From NCBI GenBank assembly GCA_963804995.1, contig CAWDSK010000001.1, positions 224,001 to 288,000 on the forward strand: a stretch of DNA of 64,000 nt, read 5' to 3'. The notes beneath the pieces are model-generated. The model did no database searches. It saw nothing but the letters and a program-made list of their open reading frames with translations, and was not told where the DNA came from. The stretch is from an uncultured Acidobacteriota bacterium. Its GTDB lineage: Bacteria > Acidobacteriota > Terriglobia > UBA7540. Made by a program: the position numbers and the translations under genes. Positions 32,051-42,703 of the stretch are shown in pieces. How positions within the stretch are numbered: the first letter of the stretch is position 1; each line of letters begins with the position of its first letter.

Positions 32051-32683
32051 ATGGAAAAACTCACCGTGCATCTTCTCCACCCCACCCGGCGGCGGGAACT
32101 GGATGAATACCTCCGCCTCTACTGCCGCAGCTTCAACCCGGACGAGCGCGTCAGCCCCCGCGTGCTGCGGCGGGTGATGGTGCCCTCGCCGGCTCGCGTT
32201 AATCCCGTTCACCTTTTTGCCGCCTCCCTCGATGGCCGACTCGTAGGAGGCGCCTGCACGCTGGTCCTTCCAGCCTTCCGCGTCGTGTTCGGCAGTTACA
32301 TCTTTGTCGATCCCGCCCTTCGCGGCCGCGGCTTGGGCGCGCGCATTCTCCGTCAGGTTCTTCGCCAGGAGCGCCATGGGCCCCACGGCTGGAATTTTCG
32401 TCTATACGCTGAAGTCACCGCGTCTTCCGGCAACCATTGGCACACACTTTTGGCCAAAGTTGGTTTCCGATTCTTCCCCGCCCTCTGGCCGCTCGTCTCC
32501 TATCATAACCCACGCAAAATCGTAGCAGGAAGGCTCTGCTACTTCCCCTATCGCAGGAACCCGCCCCCGCGATTCTCCCAACCTGCTCTACTGATGTACA
32601 TCCACGCGTTATTTTATGGGCCAGAGGCCACGCACCGTCATCTGGTGCCGCGGCTCAAGGATTTCGTTCCCTTGGAAGCATAA
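32051..32683 (+). CDS. GNAT-family N-acetyltransferase
   Basis: YIFVDPALRGRGLGARIL acetyl-CoA motif A. Confidence 0.7.
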   Translation: MEKLTVHLLHPTRRRELDEYLRLYCRSFNPDERVSPRVLRRVMVPSPARVNPVHLFAASLDGRLVGGACTLVLPAFRVVFGSYIFVDPALRGRGLGARILRQVLRQERHGPHGWNFRLYAEVTASSGNHWHTLLAKVGFRFFPALWPLVSYHNPRKIVAGRLCYFPYRRNPPPRFSQPALLMYIHALFYGPEATHRHLVPRLKDFVPLEA

Positions 32684-32782
32684 TAGATTCAAAACGGATG
32701 TCTGGCAAAAAGGATAATTGACCAATCCCTCCGTTCACGGCAGAATAGGACAACAAGTCGCACACATCCAGGGAGGTTCCTC

Positions 32783-33304
32783 ATGGCTTCGGCTAGTTTG
32801 CAGACCTCCGGAGGAGAGGTCTCACCTCAACAGATGTTGGAGGTCACTTGGGGATTTGCCGCTACTCACATCATGACCACTGCGCTCGAGTTGGATATGT
32901 TCACGTGCATCGACAGAGGTCACGCGACGGTCGAGGATCTGGCGGGCGAAACGGGCAGTTCCTTTCGCGGTCTCCGCATCCTGCTTGACGCGCTGGTGGG
33001 AATGAAGTAGCTGGAGAAGGCGGACGGCCGTTACCTGCTGGCTCCCGTGGCGCGGGCCTACCTTTCCCAGAAAAGCCCATCCTACCTGGGAGGCATCGTC
33101 CTGCACACCCGGCAGCTCCAGGCAAACTGGGCGCGACTGACCGGGGTGGTGCGCACAGGCCGGGCGCCTCAGGCGGTGGAGTCCGAGGAAGGCGACACCT
33201 TCACATTGGCGGAGTACTGCGCCTGGCTCCTGGCCGCGGGCTTTGACCGGGTACGAACACTGCAGGCGCCCTCGTCGTCGCCGTTGATCCTGGCCAGCCG
33301 GTAG
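32783..33304 (+). pseudogene. O-methyltransferase remnant (dimerisation domain, in-frame TAG at 33008-33010, catalytic core deleted)
   Basis: ALELDMFT...RGLRILLDALVGMK*LEK...; jumps to the C-terminal EGDTFTLAEYCAWL..AGF. Confidence 0.75.
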
Positions 33305-33752
33305 CGCCACGGCGCGTCGGGGCAGTCCATCTTCTATTGACATCAAATGTTTTGATCGCTTGGTTATGGTTCCATCGTGCGGCGCTATGCTGCGTGCTCA
33401 TCAATTGGTTCCTGGGCGACCCCCTCACCCGTCCCGCCCCGGCTGATGAAAACGCCGGCTGCGGTCCACCCTCTCCCCCAAAGGGGCGAGGGCTATGAGT
33501 TCAATTCAACGTCCCTCTCTCGTCCGCGTAAATTCAATTTAACTCCCCCCTCGGTAGCCGCGGCGACAGAGGGCTAGAGATTCAAATTAACTCTCCCCTC
33601 GCCCCTTTGGGGGAGAGGTGCCGGGGGGTGAGGGGGTTGTAGGATGCAACGGAAAGCCACGGCTTGCTGAGGCTTTTTTACTTTTGACTTTTGCCCTTTG
33701 CCTTTTGGATTTCTTTTGCAGCCCACCGCGCCGCGTTACGCCGGTTCAGCCT

Positions 33753-34787
33753 CTACCCCGCGCGATGCGGAACTTTACTCCCAGCCGCTTCGCGCGCTTT
33801 CCAGGCATTCTCAACCTCACCCATAACGACCAGCACGTCGCCGCCTGCCAGCGCCACGTCGTGGCGGGGATTGAACTTCAATTCACCATCCGGTTTGCGC
33901 ACCGCCAACGCCAGCAGATCGAAGCGCCGGTGCAGGTCCATCTCCTTAAGATTCTTCCCTATCCAGGGGGAGTCTTCGCCCACCGCAATCTCCTCCACGC
34001 GGATTGTCCTGGTCGCGTCTCTGAGCATCAAGTTGAGGAAGGTGACGACGGAGGGTCGAATCAGTTCCGAGGCCAGGCGCATGCCACCAATCTGGTTGGG
34101 AGAAATCGCGGCATTGGCCCCGGCACGCAGAAGCTTATCGACCATCTTAACTTCCGCGCAGCGCGCCACGATGCGCAAGGCAGGATTCAGTTGCCGCGCT
34201 GTCACCGTGGCCATCAGGTTATCTCTGTCTTCGGGGAGAACAATCGCCAGGCCGCGCGCCTGTTGGATGCGCGCCGTGGTCAGGATTTCCTCATCCGTGC
34301 CATCCCCTTTCAGCGTGGGGAAGTCGCCGCGCTGGCTGATTCTCGCCAGGCGCTCCTCGTCGTGGTCAATCACCACGAACAGATTGCCGGTCTTCAGCAG
34401 CTCCTGCACCAGATAGTTGCCGGTCTCACCCGCACCGCAGACGATCAGGTGGTCCTGCATGTCCTGTAATTGTTTCAGCATCTTGCGTCTCCGAAAAATG
34501 TCCTGGAGTTCACCCTGCACGATAAAAGCAGTTGAGACCGAGAAAACATAAAGCATGATGCCGATGCCGAACAGGATGTAAATAATGTTGAATACGCGCA
34601 ACCCGGGGTGTGCCGCCGTATTCACGATTTCGGTGTAGCCCACGGTTGAGATCGTAATGACCGCCATGTAAAAGGCATCGAGCAGCGTGACTTCACGCCC
34701 CCCGAAGTTCATGTAAACAGAAACTGCGGACAGCACCACGATGACGAGCAGCAACACGGAGATGACGAGTTGTCGGCGCAGATTCAC
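33753..34787 (-). CDS. Potassium channel protein (2TM pore + RCK/TrkA-N and TrkA-C)
   Basis: TISTVGY filter, IVCGAGETG Rossmann motif, TrkA-C tail. Confidence 0.9.
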   Translation of the reverse strand: MNLRRQLVISVLLLVIVVLSAVSVYMNFGGREVTLLDAFYMAVITISTVGYTEIVNTAAHPGLRVFNIIYILFGIGIMLYVFSVSTAFIVQGELQDIFRRRKMLKQLQDMQDHLIVCGAGETGNYLVQELLKTGNLFVVIDHDEERLARISQRGDFPTLKGDGTDEEILTTARIQQARGLAIVLPEDRDNLMATVTARQLNPALRIVARCAEVKMVDKLLRAGANAAISPNQIGGMRLASELIRPSVVTFLNLMLRDATRTIRVEEIAVGEDSPWIGKNLKEMDLHRRFDLLALAVRKPDGELKFNPRHDVALAGGDVLVVMGEVENAWKAREAAGSKVPHRAG

Positions 34788-34894
34788 AACGTCCCCTTCG
34801 TCTTGGCCTGGACCGCCTCAGCCCGGAATTGAGATTGGTGGCGATATCTTAGCATAGGCAAGCGTCCGCACAGGTCGCCCCGCGAACCGCAGGC

Positions 34895-36031
34895 TCAATG
34901 GCCCAGCCGCCTTTCGTACTGCTCGAGCAGATAGTTGTCGGTCATACCCGCGATGTAGTCGCACACGATGCGGTAGACGGGTTCCTTCTGCGCTTGGGCG
35001 AAATAGAAGCTGGGAAGGCCGCGCGGGCGTTTGACGTAATACTCAAAGAGCCTGCGAATCGAGCTCACCAGTTTCTGGCGCTCGGTATTTACATTCCGAT
35101 GCGAATAGAGGCGCCTATGAAGGAACTGCTTGAGCCGCGCATTCTCGCGCGCCAGGCGCGGTCCGAACGACACCAGGCGCCGGCGCTGGGCGCGCACCTC
35201 GGCCAGCGTGCGGATGCCCTGTTTCTGTAGTCGACCCTTGGTCGATTCGATCACGTCGGTCGCGAGCCGGTCGAACAGCCGCTTCAGGGCTTCGTTGAAC
35301 TTAAGCTTTTCCGGCGCGGCGGGATACTTCCGTTCGATGCCTCGATAGAGCCGGTCAAAGAGCGGCACTCCGGCGCGAATCAAGGGCAAAGTCAGGAGTT
35401 TGGCTTCGTAGCCGTCATCAAGGTCGGCGCAGTTGTAGGCAATCTCGTCTGCGACGTCGATGAGCTGGGCTTCAAGCGGGGGGCGCTGGTCCAAACGGTA
35501 CTCAGCCAGTTCAGGGTAGCGGGCGGGATCGTAATCGCGCGAATGCTTGATGATTCCTTCGCGCACCTCAAAGGTCAGATTGAGGCCGGGGAATTCCACA
35601 TACTTCTGCTCGAAATGCTCGACGATGCGCAGCGCATGCAGATTGTGATCGAAGACGTCGTGGCGCTGCCGCATCAGACGGTTGAGTTCGGCTTCGCCCG
35701 CGTGGCCGAAAGGCGGATGCCCCACGTCGTGGACCAGCGCCAGCGCTTCCGTCAGGTCGGTGTTCAGCCCTAGCGCCTTCGCCACCGTGCGAGCCGTCTG
35801 CGCCACCTCCAGCGTGTGGGTCAGCCGGTTGCGGAAGTGGTCGGAATAGCGGCGCGTGAAGACCTGCGTCTTGTTCTCCAGGCGGCGGAAGGCGCGGGAG
35901 TGGATGATGCGGTCGCGATCGCGCTCATAGTCGTTGCGGTAGGGGTGCGCGGGCTCAGGGTAGCGCCGGCCCTGCGATTCCTCGACGCGCATGGCGTAGG
36001 ATGCGAGCTGGCCATCGTCTGGGTGACACAT
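34895..36031 (-). CDS. dgt: Deoxyguanosinetriphosphate triphosphohydrolase
   Basis: RDRDRIIHSRAFRRLENKTQV, RLTHTLEV, HDVGHPPFGH, DYIAGMTD. Confidence 0.92.
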   Translation of the reverse strand: MCHPDDGQLASYAMRVEESQGRRYPEPAHPYRNDYERDRDRIIHSRAFRRLENKTQVFTRRYSDHFRNRLTHTLEVAQTARTVAKALGLNTDLTEALALVHDVGHPPFGHAGEAELNRLMRQRHDVFDHNLHALRIVEHFEQKYVEFPGLNLTFEVREGIIKHSRDYDPARYPELAEYRLDQRPPLEAQLIDVADEIAYNCADLDDGYEAKLLTLPLIRAGVPLFDRLYRGIERKYPAAPEKLKFNEALKRLFDRLATDVIESTKGRLQKQGIRTLAEVRAQRRRLVSFGPRLARENARLKQFLHRRLYSHRNVNTERQKLVSSIRRLFEYYVKRPRGLPSFYFAQAQKEPVYRIVCDYIAGMTDNYLLEQYERRLGH

Positions 36032-36497
36032 CGTGGCTGGCGACCCTCCCTCCCCAGCGAATATAGCATAGCGATGAGGCGGAACGGGGGGAGAGGGATT
36101 TTGGATTCTAGATTTTGAATTTGCGATTGGTGATTTTCGATTGACGATTGGCGGTTTTCGATTCAGGGTTCGGTTTTCGGAATTTTGAATTTGTGATTTG
36201 CGATTTAGGGTTCGGAATTCGGGGTTAGGGATTAGGGACTCGGGGGCAGGTGTAGGGCCGAACGGCGTTCGGCCTCGTGCTTACGCTCCCCTCCTTAGTT
36301 AAGGAGGGGTGGCACCCCGGGCGACGGGGTGGTCTGGCAATTTTAGATTTGTGAATTTCGATGTTGGGTTGGCTTGACGGTCTCAGGTTCGGCCTTTCCA
36401 GCGGATGGGATCGCGCCGTCCGTGCATGCACGCTATAACGATTAGAGATACGCCGCCTCAATATCAGCCGCGGCTGCGGTCCGGACAAGAAGTTGCA

Positions 36498-36713
36498 TCA
36501 CGGGGTGCGACCCCGAATCCCACGATGCACCTCTTCCCAAGGAATGCCGAGGGGGCCCTCGCGATCCAGTTCATCCAGCCGCCGGTCCAACTCCTCGCGC
36601 TGGGCGTTGGTCAGGGGGAGCGCCTCCGGCGTTCGGGTCAGGCTCTCCCAGAGCTCCTCCAAGAGTCGCAGCCGTTCTTCAAGGCTAAGACTTGCAATAT
36701 CGATCGTGGCCAT
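36498..36713 (-). CDS. Addiction-module antitoxin component (TIGR02574-like), no adjacent toxin
   Basis: LSLEERLRLLEELWESL...QREELDRRL...GIPWEEV. Confidence 0.8.
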   Translation of the reverse strand: MATIDIASLSLEERLRLLEELWESLTRTPEALPLTNAQREELDRRLDELDREGPLGIPWEEVHRGIRGRTP

Positions 36714-37112
36714 ACCCCCAGTATACCGCACCTTTCCAGGCCCCCGGGGTTCGGGATTCGGGGTTAGGGGTTAGGGACTCGGGATACAGGGGGCTTGCTC
36801 GTCACATGTCACTAAGCCTGCCCTGAGCCCGTCGAAGGGTCACTTGTCACTGCCCTTGGCACTTGTCACTCGCCACTCGTCACTGCCCTTAGCACTTGCC
36901 ACTAGCCACTGCTCTTAAAGAAACCGACGCCGCAAAAGTGCCACGGGCAGCCTGCCCCGATGCATCGGGGCAGGTCGGCCGTGGCACAAGCTGCGCGCGA
37001 TGGCGTGCGGAGGCAATGTTGAACCGAGGAGGCGAGCGTTTGCGCGCCTGGCACCGCGGACAATGTATGGCAACACATCAAGCGAGGCGGCTCGGCGGGG
37101 TGTTGGTGTCAG

Positions 37113-38148
37113 TCAGTGTCGAGAAGAAACCGGACGGGGGAATTCGAGTGAGGCAGCCTTAGCAATTACCTTTGCCAGGTTTTTGAATTCGTTGGCACAG
37201 GTCTGCACAAGCTGCGCGTGGCTGCCTATGGCGCCATCGGCGTAAGTGAGGTCGAACATGGGCTTCCGTGCGTCTTGCGACATCGGCATGAGACTTCGGT
37301 AATTCCTCAATGTCGCAAGACAGTGCGGATCATCCCCTTGGTCGATTTGGCCAGAAGGCTTTTCGCCAAGGACGGCTTCCCTGTAAACGGCCGGAATGCG
37401 ATCTAACCACTTGGCATAAGCTTGAGTCGGCCGGTCTAGGCGGACCGCGTGCTGTAGCACAACATACCCCGCTGGTGCCATAAGACCGGCAGGCAATTCA
37501 AAATCTACCCCGACCAGCTTTTGAATCTGCTTCCATTGGCGTCGCCAGTCTCTGATGGTCGGGCCGAGGTTTCTGAGCCCTTGAAGTGAGAACAGATCGG
37601 CTGCCAAGGGAATCACGAGATGGTCAGCGGCAAGGAGTGCCGCCCGGTTTATGGCGCCAAGATTCGGCCCGACGTTCGACTAGGGCCACCACCGCTCCGA
37701 CCTCGTTTCCAGCCGCTTGCATTATTCGATAAAACGCGGATGTGGCACGCAAGGCCGCCGGGTCATTGCTGTATCCACCGGGCCAGCTTGAGGACAGCTT
37801 GTCCTCAAAGCGGGACAACCCAAGGTCGCCGGCGATGAGCCACAAGCTTTCCCCGGTTAGAAGCGGAGGAGGCGGCTGAACGCCTACAATTGGTAACGGA
37901 ACTGGCGGCTGAATGTCACCAACCCCCTGTAGAATCGGGTTTACGCAGGCTAGAACCGTTGATACTTCTATATCCCAGAGTGCTTCCAGCGTGGTCTCGT
38001 CAAAGAACGCGGATGTTAGGTTAGCCTGGGGATCCAAGTCGACCGCCAGAGTGGGATAGCCAAGACGCGAGAGCATGTGCGCAACGTGGTACACCAGCGT
38101 CGTTTTCCCGACCCCGCCTTTGTTATTGAAGAAAGCGATGGTCTTCAA
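37113..38148 (-). CDS. ParA/MinD-family ATPase (frameshift near 37678)
   Basis: FFNNKGGVGKTT, DLDPQANLT; continues DVGPNLGAINRAAL...IPLAADLFSLQGL; TTGA overlap with the upstream gene. Confidence 0.85.
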
Positions 38149-39332
38149 GCAGGCCTCCGAATCGTGACCAGAACATGAGTGGCTTCAAAGGTGAATTCTG
38201 CCGGAGGATTATTATTGGCTTTTAGCGCAGCATTGGCGCGCGTTATACCCGTACCAAACCTTTCGACGTATCCCAAGGCCTTCAATACTTCCGCAATGAC
38301 GGGATTCCTATAATCGCTGACTCTCTCGTAATTCTCAGGGGTTACCTGACCGTATAAGCCACCCGGATTCTGGATTTCAATTCGGTCCCCAAACCAGCTA
38401 ATTCGGACGGGAGCATTGGTGGCCTCGAACGCTCGGTGCATGATTGCGTTCAAGGTGAATTCGCGGACAGCTACCAAAGGGTAGTCAGGGACTTCCTCGT
38501 GTCGCAGGCCACCAGCGGAGACGCGAGCCGTGCGGATTTGGAGCGGCAAGAGGTTGTCAATCTGGAGTAATTGCGTTAGGAGGTTGCCTGAAATCGACTT
38601 TTCATCCTGTACCGAATCAGCGAGTGTCATTCCATCAAACCGGACGAATTGGATAAAGGCACCGGGCATGAAGTTCAGCGGGTCTTTTCCGAACACCAAC
38701 ACCCCGGCGTAAGTGGGGGTATGCTTTCTAAGGTCAAAGAATCGCAGTGAGGCCAACTGTTCCTCGACTGACCGATTATTCTGGGCAATTACATCTGCTT
38801 CGACAACCCTAGGAAGATATTCCGAACGGAATGATTCGACGAGGAGGTCATCAAGCGTAGCGTTGAGGCACGGACGGTGGTCGAAGGTGCGAGATCCTGC
38901 TATTTGACGTTCTGTCAGTACCCTCTCCTCTTGGCGAGTAGCAATCGCGCGTCGGGGGCCGACGCGAATCCAGACTTGACCTCTCAGCCTGACCGGGGGC
39001 ATATCGGATGGGTGAACCTCAACGACCGCGACCGGAATTCCGTTGAGGGTTACTTTTTCCACAGTCATGAACGGTAACGGAAGTATGTTCCCATCGGACC
39101 GCATATCCGACAGCGTCAGCAACAATTGATCAGTTATGGGTAAAGAAACAGGATTGCCCGCGTTGTTGACGCCCACAAAGATGTATCCTGGAGCTCGATG
39201 GTCAGGCAGATCGTTCGCATACGCGCAAATCGCCTGCCGTATCTTTTCGCGGTCATTGATCGATTCCTTACGCTCGACCCGATCCGATTCGACGTCGGAC
39301 ATCAGCCTTTCGAGTTCTTGAGTTTCTAGCAT
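38145..39332 (-). CDS. Schlafen/AlbA_2 domain + HATPase_c_4 (RecG C-terminal-like) protein
   Basis: ESDRVERKES, ICAYAN, GYIFVGV, YP..AVRE...NAIMHR, IQNPGGL, YRNPVIAE, VERFGTGI. Confidence 0.85.
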   Translation of the reverse strand: MLETQELERLMSDVESDRVERKESINDREKIRQAICAYANDLPDHRAPGYIFVGVNNAGNPVSLPITDQLLLTLSDMRSDGNILPLPFMTVEKVTLNGIPVAVVEVHPSDMPPVRLRGQVWIRVGPRRAIATRQEERVLTERQIAGSRTFDHRPCLNATLDDLLVESFRSEYLPRVVEADVIAQNNRSVEEQLASLRFFDLRKHTPTYAGVLVFGKDPLNFMPGAFIQFVRFDGMTLADSVQDEKSISGNLLTQLLQIDNLLPLQIRTARVSAGGLRHEEVPDYPLVAVREFTLNAIMHRAFEATNAPVRISWFGDRIEIQNPGGLYGQVTPENYERVSDYRNPVIAEVLKALGYVERFGTGITRANAALKANNNPPAEFTFEATHVLVTIRRPA

Positions 39333-39852
39333 CCGCTGCCTTAGAGGAGAATAGCCATCTTTGAATCCCGAACAGACCAAAGTATACGCCACATAGCTTC
39401 GCGGGGGAATGTTCTCTCACAGGTTCGAGCCTCCCACGCAATCTGTCGTAACCGGCTAAAGTACGCACCCCTCAAGGTGCCCCCCTGCGGAATGACGTAA
39501 GGAGCGTGAACTTTGGATTTTACATAAAGCATATGTTGAGGAGTAGAACCACGGTGAGCGTAGTTCTGTCGTGGCTTTTCTCATGCCCGGTGCCCCAGCG
39601 GTAAACGCAGGTTGTCAATCGGGATGGGGCCGAGGGCGATCTCAAATTCAAAATTGCAGATTCAAGATCCGTGAGGGCGCGAGGCTGATATCAAATTCAA
39701 GTGGCAGATTCAAAATAGGATAGGGCAGCATGCAAAGGTCTTAAAGCAAATTTCGGAGATCGTGCAAGGCAAATCGTAATCGCAGCGACGAGTAACAAGT
39801 GGCAAGTGACCTGTGATTGATTAGAGCCTGTGAGAAGGCATAACGACTAAAC

Positions 39853-40065
39853 ATGCACAAGTATGAAATCATCATCTATTGGAGCAACGAGGACCAAGTC
39901 TTTGTTGCCGAAGTCCCGGAATTGCCGGGTTGCATGGCCCATGGCAACACTCAGGAAGCGGCGCTCGCACACGCCCACGAAGCCATGCAATTGTGGATCG
40001 ACACCGCCCGGGAATTCGGGGATCCCATTCCGGAACCAAAGGGTGAACGCCTCATGTTGGCCTAG
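39853..40065 (+). CDS. hicB: HicB-family antitoxin (no hicA seen)
   Basis: YEIIIYWSNEDQVFVAEVPELPGCMAHGNTQEAAL...IPEPKG. Confidence 0.88.
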   Translation: MHKYEIIIYWSNEDQVFVAEVPELPGCMAHGNTQEAALAHAHEAMQLWIDTAREFGDPIPEPKGERLMLA

Positions 40066-40570
40066 CGGGCAGCCAGGGCGTCGCCGGGGCTGAAAGTCCA
40101 CCGATCCTAATGGTGGACGACCCATCCGCACCGGGGCGTTTTCTGCTGCCCGATGCCCCAGAGGCAAACGCAGGAACCAGCTAACAACATGCAGCTCACA
40201 GCCGACAGCCGACAGCTTACAGTCAGTTCCGAGTCCCGATTCCCGATTCCAGATTCGGGATCGCCGAACCCCGAGCCCCGTGTCCCGAACCCCTAATCCC
40301 CAAACCCTAATCCCTAGCCCCCAGTCCCTAGCCTCCGGCCCCCATCTCCAATTCCTAATCCCCAGTTCCGAACCCCAAAACCCCTCCCACCTCACCACAG
40401 AGACACGGAGGCACAGAGGCTCGAAACAAATAGCTTTTCTCTGTGCCTCTGCGCCTCAGCGGTGAACCTGGCAATTCTTCCACTTCGCGGGCGAAGGGCG
40501 ACGGATGAGCGTATACTGAACCGCGCCCCGGGAGTCCAAAATCAAAACCCTGGGCGAGAGGCGCATCAAC

Positions 40571-41506
40571 ATGAAACGCGGATTAGTATTAACCATAGCT
40601 ATTTTCACGTGTGGACTTCTATTACGCAGTAACGCTCAACAGCCTTCCGCACCCAAGACCGCTGCGGCCGCAAGCCACTGGACGCTCGGCATCTACAGGG
40701 GGCCTTCCCCGTTGCACCTTTCACCTCCGGCAAAGGTCAGGAACCCGGTGTTAACGGGCGCGGATGTCACTGACCTGAAGGTCGATACCCTTGCCCACCC
40801 CTTCATGGTTGTGGAGGGCTCGCGCTATTACCTGTTCTTTACCGCCAAGGACCTGAAGGCTGACCAGGGCGGAATCGGAATGGCGGAAAGCCGCAACGGC
40901 CTGGAGTGGCACTACAAGCACATTGTTGTCCATGAGCCTTTCGTCCTCGCTCATCCCTTTGTGTTCAAGTGGCAGAACGACTACTACATGATTCCGGAAG
41001 CCCATACCGAGACTTCCGTCCGGCTGTACAAAGCGACCGCCTTCCCCGACAAGTGGGAATATCAGAAAGACCTGCTCACGGGCGATCATTTCATCAGCCC
41101 GACTTTGGTCCGGTACAAGGACATGTGGTGGATGTTCATCTGCGTCGAAGGAAATAAAACCTTGCGCCTGTTCTATGCGGAGGATTTCAAGGGGCCATGG
41201 ACCGAACACCCTCTCAGCCCCGTGATTAAGGATGACCTGCACACCGCGCGGCCCGCCGGTAGGCCATTCTTACTCAATGGAAAGCTGTATCGGTTAGGTC
41301 AGGACTGCCTCCCGGTATATGGATACCAGGTGCATGCCTTCGAGATTACGGACCTCAGCACCACGACCTACGCAGAGAAGATGGTCGACGCTCCCGTGGT
41401 GAAAGCCTCCTCGCAAGGCTGGAATGCCGAGGCCATGCACCACGTCGACGCTCACGAGATTAGCGGGAACAAGTGGATTGCGGCCGTCGATGCGCTCGGC
41501 AACTAA
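40571..41506 (+). CDS. Secreted five-bladed beta-propeller glycoside-hydrolase-like protein (GINT1-N/GH43-like)
   Basis: Signal peptide; AHPF repeats, YMIPE, GPWTEHPLSP, ARPAG, HHVD. Confidence 0.7.
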   Translation: MKRGLVLTIAIFTCGLLLRSNAQQPSAPKTAAAASHWTLGIYRGPSPLHLSPPAKVRNPVLTGADVTDLKVDTLAHPFMVVEGSRYYLFFTAKDLKADQGGIGMAESRNGLEWHYKHIVVHEPFVLAHPFVFKWQNDYYMIPEAHTETSVRLYKATAFPDKWEYQKDLLTGDHFISPTLVRYKDMWWMFICVEGNKTLRLFYAEDFKGPWTEHPLSPVIKDDLHTARPAGRPFLLNGKLYRLGQDCLPVYGYQVHAFEITDLSTTTYAEKMVDAPVVKASSQGWNAEAMHHVDAHEISGNKWIAAVDALGN

Positions 41507-41686
41507 ATCCCTGCGCGAGGAAGAAATCTGAAGAAAAGATAACTCGCGCAGAGACGCTGAGACGCAGAGAAGACATAAGCAATAAAGAAGAGCCTTGGAT
41601 CCAGCCGAGTACTGGTGCAGAATCCCTTCTCTTTCTTTTGTCCTTCCTTCTCAGCGTCTCTGCGGCTCTGCGCGAGGAAAGGTTCT

Positions 41687-42088
41687 ATGACCGAAAACGA
41701 GATCGGCACAATCATTGTCGGCACCGCGATCGAAATTCATCGCGATCTGGGACCAGGGCTCCTCGAATCGGTCTATGAGGTGGTTCTAGCACATGAATTG
41801 AGCCGGCGGGGATTGGAGGTCAAGCGCCAGATTCCTATTTCAATTGTCTACAAAGGCTTTGAATTTGAAGAAGCGTTTCGTGCCGACCTGCTGGTCGCCG
41901 GCAAGGTCATTGTCGAACTAAAGTCGGTGGAACAGGTCAATAAGTCACACCGCAAACAGATACAAACCTACTTGCGCCTCACGGGCTTGAAACTCGGATA
42001 CGTCCTCAACTTCGGAGCTGGGCTGATGAAGGAAGGAATTGTCAGGGCCGTAAATGGCCTGGAAGAGGAAAGTGGTGACTCGCGCTGA
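41687..42088 (+). CDS. GxxExxY protein (PD-(D/E)XK-like)
   Basis: LGPGLLESVYE, FRADLLV, IVELKSVE, QIQTYLRLTG..LGYVLNFG. Confidence 0.92.
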   Translation: MTENEIGTIIVGTAIEIHRDLGPGLLESVYEVVLAHELSRRGLEVKRQIPISIVYKGFEFEEAFRADLLVAGKVIVELKSVEQVNKSHRKQIQTYLRLTGLKLGYVLNFGAGLMKEGIVRAVNGLEEESGDSR

Positions 42089-42113
42089 GACGCTTTCGGC
42101 AGAACCAGTTACT

Positions 42114-42575
42114 CGCGCAGAGACGCTGAGGCGCAGAGAAGAAATGAACAATGAAGAAGGAAGAGCCGGGAAACTAGCCAGGGGGTTCGCCAGGATTTTT
42201 TCTCTTTCTTTTGTCTTTTCCTTCTCAGCGCCTCTGCGTCTCTGCGCGAGAAAAGCTCTGAGGAAAAGATAAATCGCGCAGAGACGCTGAGGCGCAGAGA
42301 AAAGATGAACAATGAAGAAGGAAGAGCTGGGAAACTAGCCAGGGGGTTCGCCAGGATTTTTTCTCTTTCTTTTGTCTTTTCCTTCTCAGCGCCTCTGCGG
42401 CTCTGCGCGAGAAAAGCTCTGAGGAAAAGATGACTCGCGCAGAGACGCTGAGGCGCAGAGAAAAGATGAACAATGAAGAAGGAAGAGCTGGGAAACTAGC
42501 CAGGGGGTTCGCCAGGATTTTTTCTCTTTCTTTTGTCTTTCCTTCTCAGCGCCTCTGCGGCTCTGCGCGAGAAAA
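42114..42575. repeat. Three tandem ~161-bp hairpin units; related hairpin upstream at 41545-41675
   Basis: Units start at 42114, 42275 and 42436: CGCGCAGAGACGCTGAGGCGCAGAG...CTCAGCGCCTCTGCG(T/G)CTCTGCGCG. Confidence 0.9.
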
Positions 42576-42703
42576 GGTTTTTATGGTGGAAACCTCTCGA
42601 TTGCTTAGTCATAATCATCTCGAAATGGCGGTACGCGCGTGGCCTCCGATACTTACCCGCAGGTCTTCAGTTGTCTTTTAGATTCCTTACCGGGAGGCAA
42701 TTT

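Noticed and set aside
1190..33010. Amber (pyrrolysine) recoding suggested by in-frame TAGs at 1190 and 33008 plus an MttB gene
   Set aside because: No pyl genes in the window, MttB has no TAG, the methyltransferase is also deleted internally, and in-frame TAA/TGA occur too
34895..36031. dGTPase as an anti-phage partner of the dCTP deaminase
   Set aside because: Short housekeeping-type dgt with host-like codon usage, 30 kb away from the deaminase
42114..42575. CRISPR array
   Set aside because: Units are 161 bp and nearly identical, with no unique spacers and no cas genes
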